The notes under the pieces: generated by a model
The model's input: the letters and a program-made list of their open reading frames with translations, nothing else
The model's database searches: none
Told to the model about the DNA's origin: nothing
Shown here: in pieces, positions 27,400 to 37,476 of the stretch
Numbering within the stretch: the first letter of the stretch is position 1
Layout of the letters: every line of letters starts with the position of its first letter
Assembly: GCA_965277805.1 (NCBI GenBank)
Contig: OZ255842.1
Span: 2,272,001-2,336,000 of the forward strand
Length of the DNA stretch: 64,000 bases
DNA from: Candidatus Lustribacter sp.
Lineage (GTDB): Bacteria > Vulcanimicrobiota > Vulcanimicrobiia > Vulcanimicrobiales > Vulcanimicrobiaceae
Reading direction: 5' to 3'
Made by a program: the position numbers and the translations under genes

Positions 27400-28064
27400 G
27401 CGACGATCGCCTCGATGGTCTTGGTCAAAAACGCGCACGTGCGCTCGTCGGCTCGTTTCGCCGCCTCCGCGAAGTACTGCTCCTGGTGGGGGTTGGCAAA
27501 ACCGTGGTCGGCGCCGCTGTACACGTGCATCTCGAATTGGGGATACGGATCGAACGCCGTCGCGAATCGCTCGCGGATCTTGGGCGGCGTGAAGTGATCG
27601 CGTTCGCCGACGTGCAGCAGCGTCGGTGATGCCGAGGCCGAGACCTCGCCGAGGTAGCGGTCGATGCGCGTGCCGTAGTATGCGACGGCCGCGTCGACGA
27701 AGCCGTCGCACGCGCAGCGGTACGCGAGCGTGCCGCCGAGGCAGTAGCCGATGACGCCGGCGCGCCCATCCGACCACGGCAACGCGCGCAGTTCTGCGAC
27801 GCCGTCACGGATGTCGGCAAGCGCCGTGCCGTAATCGAGCTTCTCGTGCAGCGCGCGGGCTTGACGCTTCCCCGGATCGTCGTAGCCGAGCGCCGTTCCC
27901 GGCGCGTAGCGCCAGTACAAGTCGAACAGCAGCACGCCGTAGCCACGCGCGACGAACGTCTGAGCCAGCTCGCGCATCGCCTCGTTGACACCGAATACTT
28001 CCGGCAACATCACGAGCGCCGGGTGCGGCCCATCACGCTCGGGTGCGAACAGCAGGCCGTTCAT
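27396..28064 (-). CDS. Dienelactone hydrolase family protein
   Basis: LPEVFGVN, GYCLGG nucleophile motif, YYGT, GADHGF; TGATG coupling at 28064. Confidence 0.9.
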   Translation of the reverse strand: MNGLLFAPERDGPHPALVMLPEVFGVNEAMRELAQTFVARGYGVLLFDLYWRYAPGTALGYDDPGKRQARALHEKLDYGTALADIRDGVAELRALPWSDGRAGVIGYCLGGTLAYRCACDGFVDAAVAYYGTRIDRYLGEVSASASPTLLHVGERDHFTPPKIRERFATAFDPYPQFEMHVYSGADHGFANPHQEQYFAEAAKRADERTCAFLTKTIEAIVA

Positions 28065-29227
28065 CAGTGCGGCCGGCGTTCGAGCCATGTCTTGGCCTTC
28101 ACGTCCCACTGCGCGATGATCGCTTCGTTCGGGCCGAGCCCGCGCTGGGAGCCGTCGCTGAAATCGTAGATGCCGTCGATACCCGGGAAGCTCGTGAGGT
28201 GCACGATATAGTCGCGCACTTGCGCCGCGTTCGCCGTAGGCCCGAGCGCACGCACCGCCGCGATCACGATGCGGCCCGCATCCCACACGTTGCCGGCGCT
28301 CGAGTCGGCCTTGATCCCGGCCTTTTGCAGCGATTGCTGAAAGCCCGCGATCACCGGCCCGCTGGCGCCTTTCGTGGCCGCGCTCGCGCTGAAGTACTTG
28401 AAGCCGACGAAATACGGGCCTGGCATCCGCGGCGGCAGCGCCTCCATCTGCTGGAACGTCATGTTCGCGGTGGAGGAAAAGAGCGGAATCGTCAGCCCTG
28501 CGTCGTTATAGCCGCGCACGAGCGTGGTGAATGCAGCTCCCGAAGCCCAGCAGAAGCAGACTTGGGCGCCGGCCTGACGCAGGTGAGACATTTGCGCTGC
28601 GACGTTGAGGTCGGCCGCGTTGAAGTGATCGTTGACGACGACGTCGAGATCTTTGTTTTCGGGCAGCGCGATCGCCGCTTTGAACGCCTTCTCCGAATCC
28701 TGACCGGTCGAGTCGACCGACCAGATTGCACCGAAGTGTTTGAGCCCGATCGACCGGAAATAACGGATGGCGACGAGCTGGATGTCGCGCGCATCGATGC
28801 CCCCGGAGAACATATAACTTCCGTCCGGCGGGTGCGGGCCCGGAGACGTGCAGTACGCCACCGGACCTTGCGTGAGCACGGGCATAACCGCGAAGCAATT
28901 TTGCGTCAGGTCCGGGCCGATGAGGGCCGGCGCTTTTTCCGCCATCGCCTGGTTCACGAGTTGCAAGGCGACTTGCGGGTTGGACTGATCGTCGACAAAC
29001 GTGAAGTGCACCGTGTTCGCATTGGGTTCCGTGCTGTTGGAGATCTGCTCGAGCAGTTCCAACAACTGGCGCTGACCGTTCCCCTGGAACGCCAAGCTGC
29101 CGGTGAGCGAGAGGATCGCGGGAATCGTGATGACGGGTAGTTTGCCGAGCGCGCGCTGCGGCGGTGCCGCGGCGGTAGCGAAGACGACCAGCACGAAAAC
29201 GGCGAACGTTCGCAGCAGAGTTCTCAA
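28064..29227 (-). CDS. ABC substrate-binding protein, LivK-like family
   Basis: ILSLTGSLAFQG, DDQSNPQVA, WDAGRIV, GIDGIYDF; paralogue of 22843-23994. Confidence 0.85.
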   Translation of the reverse strand: MRTLLRTFAVFVLVVFATAAAPPQRALGKLPVITIPAILSLTGSLAFQGNGQRQLLELLEQISNSTEPNANTVHFTFVDDQSNPQVALQLVNQAMAEKAPALIGPDLTQNCFAVMPVLTQGPVAYCTSPGPHPPDGSYMFSGGIDARDIQLVAIRYFRSIGLKHFGAIWSVDSTGQDSEKAFKAAIALPENKDLDVVVNDHFNAADLNVAAQMSHLRQAGAQVCFCWASGAAFTTLVRGYNDAGLTIPLFSSTANMTFQQMEALPPRMPGPYFVGFKYFSASAATKGASGPVIAGFQQSLQKAGIKADSSAGNVWDAGRIVIAAVRALGPTANAAQVRDYIVHLTSFPGIDGIYDFSDGSQRGLGPNEAIIAQWDVKAKTWLERRPH

Positions 29228-29535
29228 GCCTTTACCTCCACGGTGTCATCGGTGACGCGTACGTCGTACACGCCCAGCGCGCAATCGGCCGGCGGCCCCG
29301 ACGCCTCACCCGTCCGCACATCGAAGCGGCCGGCATGCAAGGGGCACTCGATGTCGTTTCCGACCAGCAGACCGTTGGACAGCAGCGCTTGGCCGTGCGT
29401 GCAGATGTTATCGGTCGCATAGACGTTGCCGTCGACGTAGTAGACGGCGATCGATTTGTCACCGACCGTCGCCCCCACGATCCGCCGCTTGATCAGCGTC
29501 GGCAGCGAAGCGACGGTCGTCCACGCGGCGCTCAC
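29224..29535 (-). CDS. Rieske [2Fe-2S] ferredoxin
   Basis: YATDNICTHGQALLSNG...IECPLHAGRFDVRTG; probable GTG start at 29535. Confidence 0.9.
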   Translation of the reverse strand: MSAAWTTVASLPTLIKRRIVGATVGDKSIAVYYVDGNVYATDNICTHGQALLSNGLLVGNDIECPLHAGRFDVRTGEASGPPADCALGVYDVRVTDDTVEVKA

Positions 29536-29545
29536 CGCGTGCGCT

Positions 29546-30820
29546 CTAGATTTCCGCTCCGGTCGGGCCTTCGCCGACGCGCGCATAGGCGGCTTGCAGG
29601 ATGCGGTTGCGATCGTCTTCGCCGATCCAGAGGTAGTCGCCGTTGCGCACGATCATGTCGTCGGCCGGGGCCGTGCGGATCACGCCCATCGGGTCCTCAC
29701 CGCGCTGCACCGCCGCAACTTGTTCGAGCAGCATCTTGCGCAGCAGCACGATGCCGTCGTCGATGATGGAGAGGTGCTCTTTGTCGCGATCGACGATCTC
29801 GCCGAGGCTCTCGAGGATCGTGCCGTCCTGTTCGGGCGCTTCGGCCGGAATCGTATAGCCGAGATCGTGCCGGCCCTCTTTGTATTCCTTGTACGGTTCG
29901 GCCTTGAGCGGCTGACCGAGACTCGTGCGCTGCTCAACCGGTGAGGCGTGCTCGCCGGTCGGACGGTAATGCACGCGAATGTGCATCGTGTGCGTGTCGT
30001 CGATCGGCACCGACCAGCGCGCGCTCGCGGCCGGCGGCCAATCCTCTTTCTGGCGGTCGTTGCCGTAGCTCACCGCCGCGTCACCGGCGAAGACGACACC
30101 CGGCATCGTGATCGGATGATCGCGGTAGTTCCACTCCCCGGCCTTGCGGCCGCCGCGCACCGCTTTGTAGATGCAGCCGTACTCGGTGCGCTCGAACCAC
30201 GCTTTCTCCGGCACGACCGTCATCGGACGCCATAAGTCGGCGTGCAAGAAGCTCACGTGGAACGGATCGATACCGTTCTCCACACCCTGCAGCCAATTGC
30301 AATCGTTGAAGTGCTGGATGATCGGATTGCGCCAGCCTTCTGCCGTGAGGATATGGAACCGCGGCAGCACCGGCACCGGCGCCGGGCCCATGTAGGCCCA
30401 CAGGCAGCCGCCGAGTTCTTCAACCGGATACGCTTTCTGCTTGATCGAATTGCGCAGTTCGTCATCGAGGTCGCCCGGCGTCTCGACCACGGTGCCTTCT
30501 TTATCGAAGAGCCAGCCGTGATAGCGACAGCGCAGCCCTTGTGCGTTCACGCGCCCGAAGCAGAGATTTGCGCGCCGATGCGCGCACAGCGAGTCGATCA
30601 AGCCCGGCTCCCCGCTTGCGGAGCGGAAGAGTACAAGGTCTTCGCCGAGCAAACGGATCAGCGTCGGTTTGTCCTTGAGATCGTCCGAGAGTGCGACGGG
30701 CCACCAGTAGCGGCGCAGCAGTTCGCCCATCGGCGTTCCCGGGCCGACGCGAGTGAGGATCTCGTTCTCTTCCGCCGTCGTGTGAAAGCGGCGCACGGCG
30801 GATTTGGTCGTCATCGTCAT
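29546..30820 (-). CDS. Rieske non-heme iron oxygenase alpha subunit (phthalate 4,5-dioxygenase-like)
   Basis: ENEILTRVGPGTPMGELLRRYW; CAHR...CRYHGW; ENGIDPFHVSFLH. Confidence 0.9.
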   Translation of the reverse strand: MTMTTKSAVRRFHTTAEENEILTRVGPGTPMGELLRRYWWPVALSDDLKDKPTLIRLLGEDLVLFRSASGEPGLIDSLCAHRRANLCFGRVNAQGLRCRYHGWLFDKEGTVVETPGDLDDELRNSIKQKAYPVEELGGCLWAYMGPAPVPVLPRFHILTAEGWRNPIIQHFNDCNWLQGVENGIDPFHVSFLHADLWRPMTVVPEKAWFERTEYGCIYKAVRGGRKAGEWNYRDHPITMPGVVFAGDAAVSYGNDRQKEDWPPAASARWSVPIDDTHTMHIRVHYRPTGEHASPVEQRTSLGQPLKAEPYKEYKEGRHDLGYTIPAEAPEQDGTILESLGEIVDRDKEHLSIIDDGIVLLRKMLLEQVAAVQRGEDPMGVIRTAPADDMIVRNGDYLWIGEDDRNRILQAAYARVGEGPTGAEI

Positions 30821-30851
30821 GTCGGTAGGTCGCCTTTTTGCAGGAGCGTGC

Positions 30852-30922
30852 GTTCTTCCTGATAGAACGCTATTGCTGACAGTAGACCACTAAACGATAG
30901 GGCGCACGAGTGAGGATGTCAA
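30852..30922 (-). promoter_or_regulatory. Promoter TTGACA-N17-TATCGT for the Rieske operon with palindrome GTTCT-N7-AGAAC (candidate IclR operator)
   Basis: -35 at 30917-30922 and -10 at 30894-30899 (minus strand); palindrome at 30852-30868. Confidence 0.5.
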
Positions 30923-31665
30923 GGAAGACCGAGGGCGACGAATCCGCGCCGGCCGGGGGCGTGGCCGCCGTCGACCGCGCGTTGACGATTCTGGCGGTGT
31001 TCGAGCACGCGGCCGGTCCGCTGACGCTCGGCGATATCGCGCGCGGCGCGGCGCTCTATAAGAGCACGACGCTGCGATTGCTGGCCTCGCTGTTGCGCCA
31101 TCGTCTCATCGTACGCATGGACGACGGCCGCTATCAGGTTGGGCCCGCGCTTTACCGCTTGGGCAGCCGCTTCGAACGCTCGCTGTGCATCGAAGAACAC
31201 GCAAGCCCGATCTTACAGGAACTCGCCGCGCTCACCGGCGAGAGCGTGGCATTGTATGCACGCCAGGGCGAACACCGCTTGTGTTTGCTGCGCGTGGAAT
31301 CCGCGCGCGCAATCCGGCACACGATCGACGTCGGCGAGTTGCGCCCCCTCGCGATCGGCGCCTCAGGTGCCGTGCTCCAACGCTTTGCGAACGGCTCGGC
31401 GGAAACGCCCGCGCCCGAATTTGTAACGCTCCCCGCAATGGTGCTCGGCACGCAGGACCCGGAACTCGCCGGCATGGCGATGCCGATCTTCGGCATCGGC
31501 GACACCCTCGTCTGCGCTCTCTCCATCTCCGGCCCCATGACGCGCTTCGACAGCGAATTTCTTGCAAACTCAACGCGGCTCATTATAAGCGCGGCCACCG
31601 AACTTACCGCTCGGTTAGGCGGCGACGCACAGGCCTTCTCCGCGCTTTCGTCTCGCCGCGACTAA
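30916..31665 (+). CDS. IclR family transcriptional regulator
   Basis: GGVAAVDRALTIL, LYKSTTLRLLASL, TGESVALY, ALSISGPMTRF; alternative start 30910. Confidence 0.92.
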   Translation: MSRKTEGDESAPAGGVAAVDRALTILAVFEHAAGPLTLGDIARGAALYKSTTLRLLASLLRHRLIVRMDDGRYQVGPALYRLGSRFERSLCIEEHASPILQELAALTGESVALYARQGEHRLCLLRVESARAIRHTIDVGELRPLAIGASGAVLQRFANGSAETPAPEFVTLPAMVLGTQDPELAGMAMPIFGIGDTLVCALSISGPMTRFDSEFLANSTRLIISAATELTARLGGDAQAFSALSSRRD

Positions 31666-31679
31666 GTTTGTGTCATCCG

Positions 31680-32655
31680 CTACGCGCCGACGTCGACGAA
31701 GATGTCGTCGATGTTGACCATGCGCGTCGCGATGCTCTGCTCGAACAGGTATCTCGCGAGCGTTTCCAACGTCTTGCGATTCGGCTCGAGTCCGTAGACG
31801 AACGGATCTCCACCGAAGACGTCGTCGATCTCCTCGATATCCGGGATCATCCAAGGTAACATATAGCGCAGCGTGCCTTGGTAGCGCATCTTTTCGCGCG
31901 CCAGGTCCTTCGATCGCGTAAATGCGTCGAACAAGCTGCGGGCGATGAACGGATGTTCCTCATAGACCTCCCGGCGGATCACGGCAGTATGCATGATCGG
32001 GAAGATGCCGGTGCGCCGGAAGTAGTCGCGCTCGACCGCGCGCACATCGGGGAACAGGCGCCGCAACGCGGGGTTGGCGCGCATGGCATCCGGCACGTCG
32101 GCGCCGATGTACGCATCGATTCGGCCATCGGCAATGAGGTTCTCTAGCGGCTCTCCGCTGGTCCCCTCTTGGATCGTGAAGCGTTCACGCAGCCGCTGGA
32201 GCTGCTCCGCGCTTCCGATGTCGCGGAACGGCGTCTCTTGGACCCATTGAACGCGGCTGAGGTCGACTCCGTATTCGTCTTGCAGAAGGCCGCGTATCCA
32301 AACTGCAGCCGACATCGGAAAGTGCGTCACCCCGATTCGACGCCCTTCGAGATCCTTCGGGTGTTCGATCCCGGCGTCACGACGAACGATGATCATGCCG
32401 TGTCGAAAAGACGCGCGACGGGAAAACCGGAATCCCGACGAACGGAGGCGTTCCGGCGGCGTTGCGTCGCACGAAGTCGGAGCTGGACATCTCCGATGCT
32501 TGGTACTTACCCTCCAGCATCCCGTCGAAGACGTCGCGCGGCGTGTCGCACGGGACGAAGGTCAAGTCGATCCCGTCCGCCTTTACCTCGCCCGAGTAAA
32601 GCGGAACCATCCGGTCATAGAGCCCGCAGGCAAAAGTCAAAGGAACGTTTGGCAA
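31680..32655 (-). pseudogene. 4,5-dihydroxyphthalate decarboxylase-like gene with a single-base frameshift
   Basis: N-terminal part LTFACGLYDR...SEMS...PVFPSRVF and C-terminal part MIIVRRDAGIEHPKDLEGRRIG...GIFPIMH...LPW...YGLEPNR lie in different frames; removing one base from AAAA 32406-32409 restores SRVFRHGMII. Confidence 0.8.
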
Positions 32656-32678
32656 CCTAGTGTCCTTTCCGGATTGGA

Positions 32679-34070
32679 TTAACTTGTAGACGGCCCAACC
32701 CACACGGTTTGAATATTCATGAACTCGCGGATGCCGAGGTACGAGAGCTCGCGGCCATAGCCGCTGTGCTTCACGCCCCCAAACGGCAGACGCGGATCGG
32801 ATGCGGTCATTCCGTTGATGAACACAGCGCCCGATTCAATCCGCCGCGCAAGCCGCTTTCCGCGCTCCGGGTCGCCCGTCCACAACGCGCCGCCGAGACC
32901 AAAGGTCGAGTCGTTCGCCAGGTCGATCGCGTGCTCGGAATCGCGCGCGCGAATCACCGCTGCAACCGGCCCGAACGTCTCCTCGCGAAAAACCGCCATC
33001 GTATCGTCGACGTCGACGAGCACGGTCGCCGGGAAGAACGCCCCCGGCCCCTCAGGCAGGCTGCCGCCGAGCACGACGCGCGCGCCCTTGGCGACGGACG
33101 CGTCGATCTGCTTCACGAGATCATCGCGCAGGTCAACGCGCGCTAACGGCCCCATCACGGTCGTGCGCTGCTCCGGATCGCCGGTCGCGTATACCTTAGA
33201 CGCCTCGACGAACGCCGCGACGAACCTGTCGTAGACGGCATCCTCAACGATGAACCGCTTCCCGCAGATACAACTCTGGCCGGCATTCTGAAACCGTGCC
33301 TTGGCCGCCGTCTTCGCAGCAGCCGGAATGTCGGCATCCGCCAGTACGACGAACGCATCGGAGCCGCCGAGCTCGAGCACGTGCTTCTTCAGCGCACGAC
33401 CGCTCTCGCTCGCCACCGAAACGCCGGCCGTCTCGCTTCCGGTAATCGTCACCGCAGCGATGCGGTCATCGGCAATCAGCGCCTTCACCTCGGCTCCCGG
33501 CACAACCAGCGTCGTGAACGTGCCCGCCGGAAAGCCCGTCTCGCGAAACACTTCCTCGATATCGAGCGCGCAGCGCGTCACGTTGCTGGCATGCTTGAGC
33601 ACGCCCGCGTTGCCGGCCATGAGCGCCGGGGCTGCGAACCGGAAGACTTGCCAATACGGAAAATTCCACGGCATCACGGCCAAGACGATGCCGAGCGGCT
33701 GATAAGCGATATAGCTTTCGGTCGCGGTTGAATCGACGCGTTCGTCCGCCAAAAACCGTTCCGCGTTATCGGCGTAGAACTCGCACGCCCAGGCGCACTT
33801 CTCTACCTCGGCCTCGGCGTCGGCAATCGGTTTGCCCATCTCACGCGTCGCGTTGAGCGCGAAGCGCGCCGCGTGAGCCCGGAGATACGCAGCGGCTTTT
33901 TTCATCAACCCGGCGCGGTCGTCGAAGCTGCGCTGCGCCCACAAACGTTGCGCCGCGACGGCGCGGTCGAGCGCGGCGTCGATCTCCCCTTGCGTGTGAA
34001 GCCGGAACGTTTCGAGCGACTTCCCGTTCGCCGGGTTCACGGAAGCGACAGTTTTCGTTGCAGTCGTCAC
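32679..34070 (-). CDS. NAD(P)-dependent aldehyde dehydrogenase (succinate-semialdehyde dehydrogenase-like)
   Basis: VMPWNFP, LKHASN, TGSETAG, LELGGSD, NAGQSCIC, EETFGP, PFGGVKHSGYGRE; GTG start with GGAG SD. Confidence 0.92.
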   Translation of the reverse strand: MTTATKTVASVNPANGKSLETFRLHTQGEIDAALDRAVAAQRLWAQRSFDDRAGLMKKAAAYLRAHAARFALNATREMGKPIADAEAEVEKCAWACEFYADNAERFLADERVDSTATESYIAYQPLGIVLAVMPWNFPYWQVFRFAAPALMAGNAGVLKHASNVTRCALDIEEVFRETGFPAGTFTTLVVPGAEVKALIADDRIAAVTITGSETAGVSVASESGRALKKHVLELGGSDAFVVLADADIPAAAKTAAKARFQNAGQSCICGKRFIVEDAVYDRFVAAFVEASKVYATGDPEQRTTVMGPLARVDLRDDLVKQIDASVAKGARVVLGGSLPEGPGAFFPATVLVDVDDTMAVFREETFGPVAAVIRARDSEHAIDLANDSTFGLGGALWTGDPERGKRLARRIESGAVFINGMTASDPRLPFGGVKHSGYGRELSYLGIREFMNIQTVWVGPSTS

Positions 34071-34074
34071 GTGA

Positions 34075-34980
34075 TTACTCCGCGCTCCGCGAAAAATCAA
34101 CGGTCCGGCGCGCCATCGTCATCTCCTGAGTCGACGGGGCGGTGTAGCCCCAGAGATCGCGTCGCCCCGGTGGGAACTCTTTCGCCCATTCTTCGGGCTT
34201 GCGCACGCGATAGCTGTCATCGACTTGTAGAAACTCCGTAGAGTACTCAATCGGAAGATCCTCGGGCCCGACGAAGTAGGCGAAAATGTTGTTGCCTGGG
34301 CCGTGGCGTCCCGGCCCCCAACCCGGCAGCAGGTCGTTTTCGCGCAAACGGCCGAGCCCGCGCATCAGCGAATCGAAGTTCGGCAGTTCGAACGCGACGT
34401 GATCGAGAGTCGTGACCGGCGACGGCACGAGCGCGATGCTGTGGTGATCGCTATTGTAGTTGACGAAGTGAATCGTGCGCGTGCGATCGATGATCCGTCC
34501 GCCGAGCGCGTTGACGTAGAAGTCCTCGAGGCGCTCCACTTGGCGCGTGCAGATGGTGATGTGCGAGAGCTTGCGCGGGAGATCGATGCCGTCGGTCACC
34601 TCGGCGTGCGTTGCGTCGCCGGCGACGATATAGAGCAGACGGCCTTCCGGATCGCGCACGAAGAACCCATAACCGCCCCCCGGTTCGTCCGATTCGCCGG
34701 GGGCGGTCAAGCCGTCACTCTTCTGCAGCGCCAGCCGCGCATGGATGGCATCGACCGCATGCCGGTCGTGCGCCCACAGGTCCATGCGCAGCACTTCCGT
34801 CTGCGGCCGCTTGTGGAGCGCCAGAACGTAGTGCGGTTCGGCCGTGCCCCGCAGATAGATCGCGGCATCGTCCTGGTCGACGGCCGAAAGCCCCCACGCT
34901 TTGGTGAAGAACTCGCTCGCCTGCTCGAGATCGACGACGCCGAAATGAATTGACCTGAGGGCGCGAATTGAATCGCTCAT
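34075..34980 (-). CDS. VOC family protein, type I extradiol dioxygenase-like
   Basis: Two VOC domains; LSHITI, DHHSIAL, LDHVAF, GPGRHGPGNNIFAYF, PIEYS. Confidence 0.85.
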   Translation of the reverse strand: MSDSIRALRSIHFGVVDLEQASEFFTKAWGLSAVDQDDAAIYLRGTAEPHYVLALHKRPQTEVLRMDLWAHDRHAVDAIHARLALQKSDGLTAPGESDEPGGGYGFFVRDPEGRLLYIVAGDATHAEVTDGIDLPRKLSHITICTRQVERLEDFYVNALGGRIIDRTRTIHFVNYNSDHHSIALVPSPVTTLDHVAFELPNFDSLMRGLGRLRENDLLPGWGPGRHGPGNNIFAYFVGPEDLPIEYSTEFLQVDDSYRVRKPEEWAKEFPPGRRDLWGYTAPSTQEMTMARRTVDFSRSAE

Positions 34981-35807
34981 AGGATGTTCTCCATTCGTGA
35001 TAATTCGTTAGCCGGATGCGCGCCTAACCATTCGAACAAGATCTGGTTGAACAGCTGCGGATGCTCTACATTCGGCAGGTGCCGGGCGTCTTCAATAATG
35101 CGGAACTCGCCGCGCTGTACCCGACGAGCGATGTCTTGGTTTTCATCGAGATCCGAGCCGAGATCGTCGGCTCCGCAGAGCACCAGCGTCGCGGCCGTAA
35201 TCTGCGAAAGGCGATCCACCCAGCTAAAATTCTGAATCGCCGCCGCGCAGCCGATGTACCCTTGCGGCGACGTTGCCGCCACGGTGTCGTGAATCTGCTG
35301 CCATAGCTGCGGACGGCGCCGGCGGCATTCCGGACTCAGCCACCGCATCATGGTATCCGCCGCCAGCGGCAGGGTCGAATTCTGGGCCTGCACCTCGGTG
35401 ATCCGCGGTCCCCACCGGTCGAGCGCATCCGCAGGCGATGCGGCACGCGTATCGCTCAGAACCATCGAGGCCACGCGTTCCGCATGCAGGATCGCGACGC
35501 CGAGCGCGATCATGCCGCCAATCGAGAGCCCGCAAAAATGCGCGCGCTCGACCTGCACCTGGTCGAGCACTAGCACCGCATCCGCGACGAGCTGCTCCAT
35601 CCGGTAGTTGCCCGGCGCGGGATCGCTGCCGCCGTGGCCGCGCATGTCCACGCGCAGCACCCGGTAACCTGCCCGGAGCAGAGCCGATACCTGATCCATC
35701 CACATCCCGCTATCCGCCGCCAGCGGATGCGCAAGGTATACCGTCTCGGCGTCCTCCGGTCCGGCGAGGTCGTAGTAGATCCGTCGTCCATGACTTGAAA
35801 GCAGCAT
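34977..35807 (-). CDS. alpha/beta hydrolase, 3-oxoadipate enol-lactonase (PcaD)-like
   Basis: DMRGHGGS, GLSIGG, GYIGCAAAI, HLPNVEHP; ATG at 35807. Confidence 0.85.
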   Translation of the reverse strand: MLLSSHGRRIYYDLAGPEDAETVYLAHPLAADSGMWMDQVSALLRAGYRVLRVDMRGHGGSDPAPGNYRMEQLVADAVLVLDQVQVERAHFCGLSIGGMIALGVAILHAERVASMVLSDTRAASPADALDRWGPRITEVQAQNSTLPLAADTMMRWLSPECRRRRPQLWQQIHDTVAATSPQGYIGCAAAIQNFSWVDRLSQITAATLVLCGADDLGSDLDENQDIARRVQRGEFRIIEDARHLPNVEHPQLFNQILFEWLGAHPANELSRMENIL

Positions 35808-35809
35808 AA

Positions 35810-36682
35810 CTAGTGCGACTCCTCCCAACGGCTGCCGATGATGCCTTGCGGCCGGATTGCGAGCAGCACGAGCAAAATCGCGAACGAAATCACGGTCTCG
35901 TAGTTCGACGAAACGTAACGCGCGACCAACGCATTGACCAGACCCAGCAGCAAGCCGCCGACGAGTGCGCCCGGCAGACTGCCGAACCCGCCCAAGACCG
36001 CCGCAACGAATCCGAACACGCCGTACGTCAGTCCCGCATCGACCGAAGTAAACTGCGCCGGCGTAATCATCGCCCCGCCGAGACCGCCCAGCATTGCGGT
36101 GAAGGCGAAGGCCGTCGCTCCCATCCGCTCGGGCGAGATGCCCAGCAGCTGGCTCGTATCGCGGCTCGCTGCGCACGCGCGCATCGCGCGCCCCATGATG
36201 CTGTAACGTAGGATGGCGCTGAACGCCGCCATCAGCGCGAGCGTCGCGAGCGCGACGATGACGTATTGTCCGTCGATGTGGTTCCCGTCGAAATTAAGAG
36301 TGAATCCCGCGATCCAAGACGGCAGCGTTTGCGGCATCGCGCCGAACACGGCGAGCGCACCCGTGCTGATGATCGCGCCATAGACGATCGTCGCAAGCAG
36401 CACGACGTAGGCCGGGCTGCGCCGCCGCCACAGCGGCAGCACGACGGCGATCCACAGCACGAGACCGGTGAACGCGGCGCTCAGAACGCCCAAGAGCACG
36501 GCCAACGGATACGGAAGCCCCGCGACGGAGTAGTACCACCACGTCGAGAAACCGCCGACCATCACGTAACTGCCCTGCGCAAAATTGACGACTCCGGTCG
36601 TGCGGTAGATGAGCGAATAGCCGACCGCGACGAGCGCGTAGATGCAGCCCGTCGCGATGCCCGTCGCGACGATCAAGCTCAT
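35810..36682 (-). CDS. livH: Branched-chain-amino-acid-type ABC permease
   Basis: GCIYALVAVGYSLIYRTTGVVNFAQG, GRAMRA, LGGFGSLPGA, RPQGI. Confidence 0.85.
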   Translation of the reverse strand: MSLIVATGIATGCIYALVAVGYSLIYRTTGVVNFAQGSYVMVGGFSTWWYYSVAGLPYPLAVLLGVLSAAFTGLVLWIAVVLPLWRRRSPAYVVLLATIVYGAIISTGALAVFGAMPQTLPSWIAGFTLNFDGNHIDGQYVIVALATLALMAAFSAILRYSIMGRAMRACAASRDTSQLLGISPERMGATAFAFTAMLGGLGGAMITPAQFTSVDAGLTYGVFGFVAAVLGGFGSLPGALVGGLLLGLVNALVARYVSSNYETVISFAILLVLLAIRPQGIIGSRWEESH

Positions 36683-37476
36683 ACCTCGCTCCCTTCAACC
36701 GCGGAATCGCCGAGATAAGCGTCGCGCACGGCGGGGTCGCGACGGACGTCGTCCGGAAGACCTGACGCGATGACCGAGCCGAAATTCATCACGGTCATCC
36801 GATCGGAGAGGCCGAACACAAACGGAACGTCGTGATCGACCAAGAGCATGCCGATGCCCTCGCTGCGAAACCGGCGAATGAGATCGGCCAGCCGGTTGCG
36901 CTCGATGTCGTTGAGCCCGGCTGCGGGCTCGTCCAGCAGCAGGACGCGCGGGTGCATAGCGATGGCGCGCGCGATCTCGAGGAAACGGAGTTGACCGAAG
37001 GTAAGATTGCGCGCGTCTGTGCCGGAAAGCGCGTCGAGTTCGAACACGCGCAGCAGGCGTTCGGCCTCGTTCACCATCGCCTTCGCCTCGTGCCGCATCG
37101 CCGGGGTGCGCGCCAACACCGCGCCGAGCCGCGCATGATAGCGCGTGTGCAGTCCCACGAGCACGTTTTCAAACACGCTGAGTCCGGCCAGCGGCGTCGC
37201 CTGCTGGAACGTACGCGAGATCCCCAAACGCGCGATCCCCGACGGCGAAAGCCGGGAAAGATCCTGCGCTCCGAATCGCAAACTTCCGCCGTCGGCACGC
37301 ACGAAGCCCGTAATCAGCCCGATCGTCGTCGATTTGCCGGCGCCGTTAGGCCCGATCAACCCATGCACCTGGCCGGCCGCAACCTCGAGCGAGAGCTCGG
37401 AGACGGCGACGAGCCCGCCGTAGCGCTTCGTGATGCCGCTCAAAACCAGATCGGCGGTTGCAGTCCCCGCGGTCAA
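36679..37476 (-). CDS. livG: Branched-chain-amino-acid-type ABC ATPase
   Basis: GGLVAV, GPNGAGKST, RTFQ, LEIARA, LLLDEPAAGL, VRDAYLG; probable TTG start. Confidence 0.85.
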   Translation of the reverse strand: MTAGTATADLVLSGITKRYGGLVAVSELSLEVAAGQVHGLIGPNGAGKSTTIGLITGFVRADGGSLRFGAQDLSRLSPSGIARLGISRTFQQATPLAGLSVFENVLVGLHTRYHARLGAVLARTPAMRHEAKAMVNEAERLLRVFELDALSGTDARNLTFGQLRFLEIARAIAMHPRVLLLDEPAAGLNDIERNRLADLIRRFRSEGIGMLLVDHDVPFVFGLSDRMTVMNFGSVIASGLPDDVRRDPAVRDAYLGDSAVEGSEV

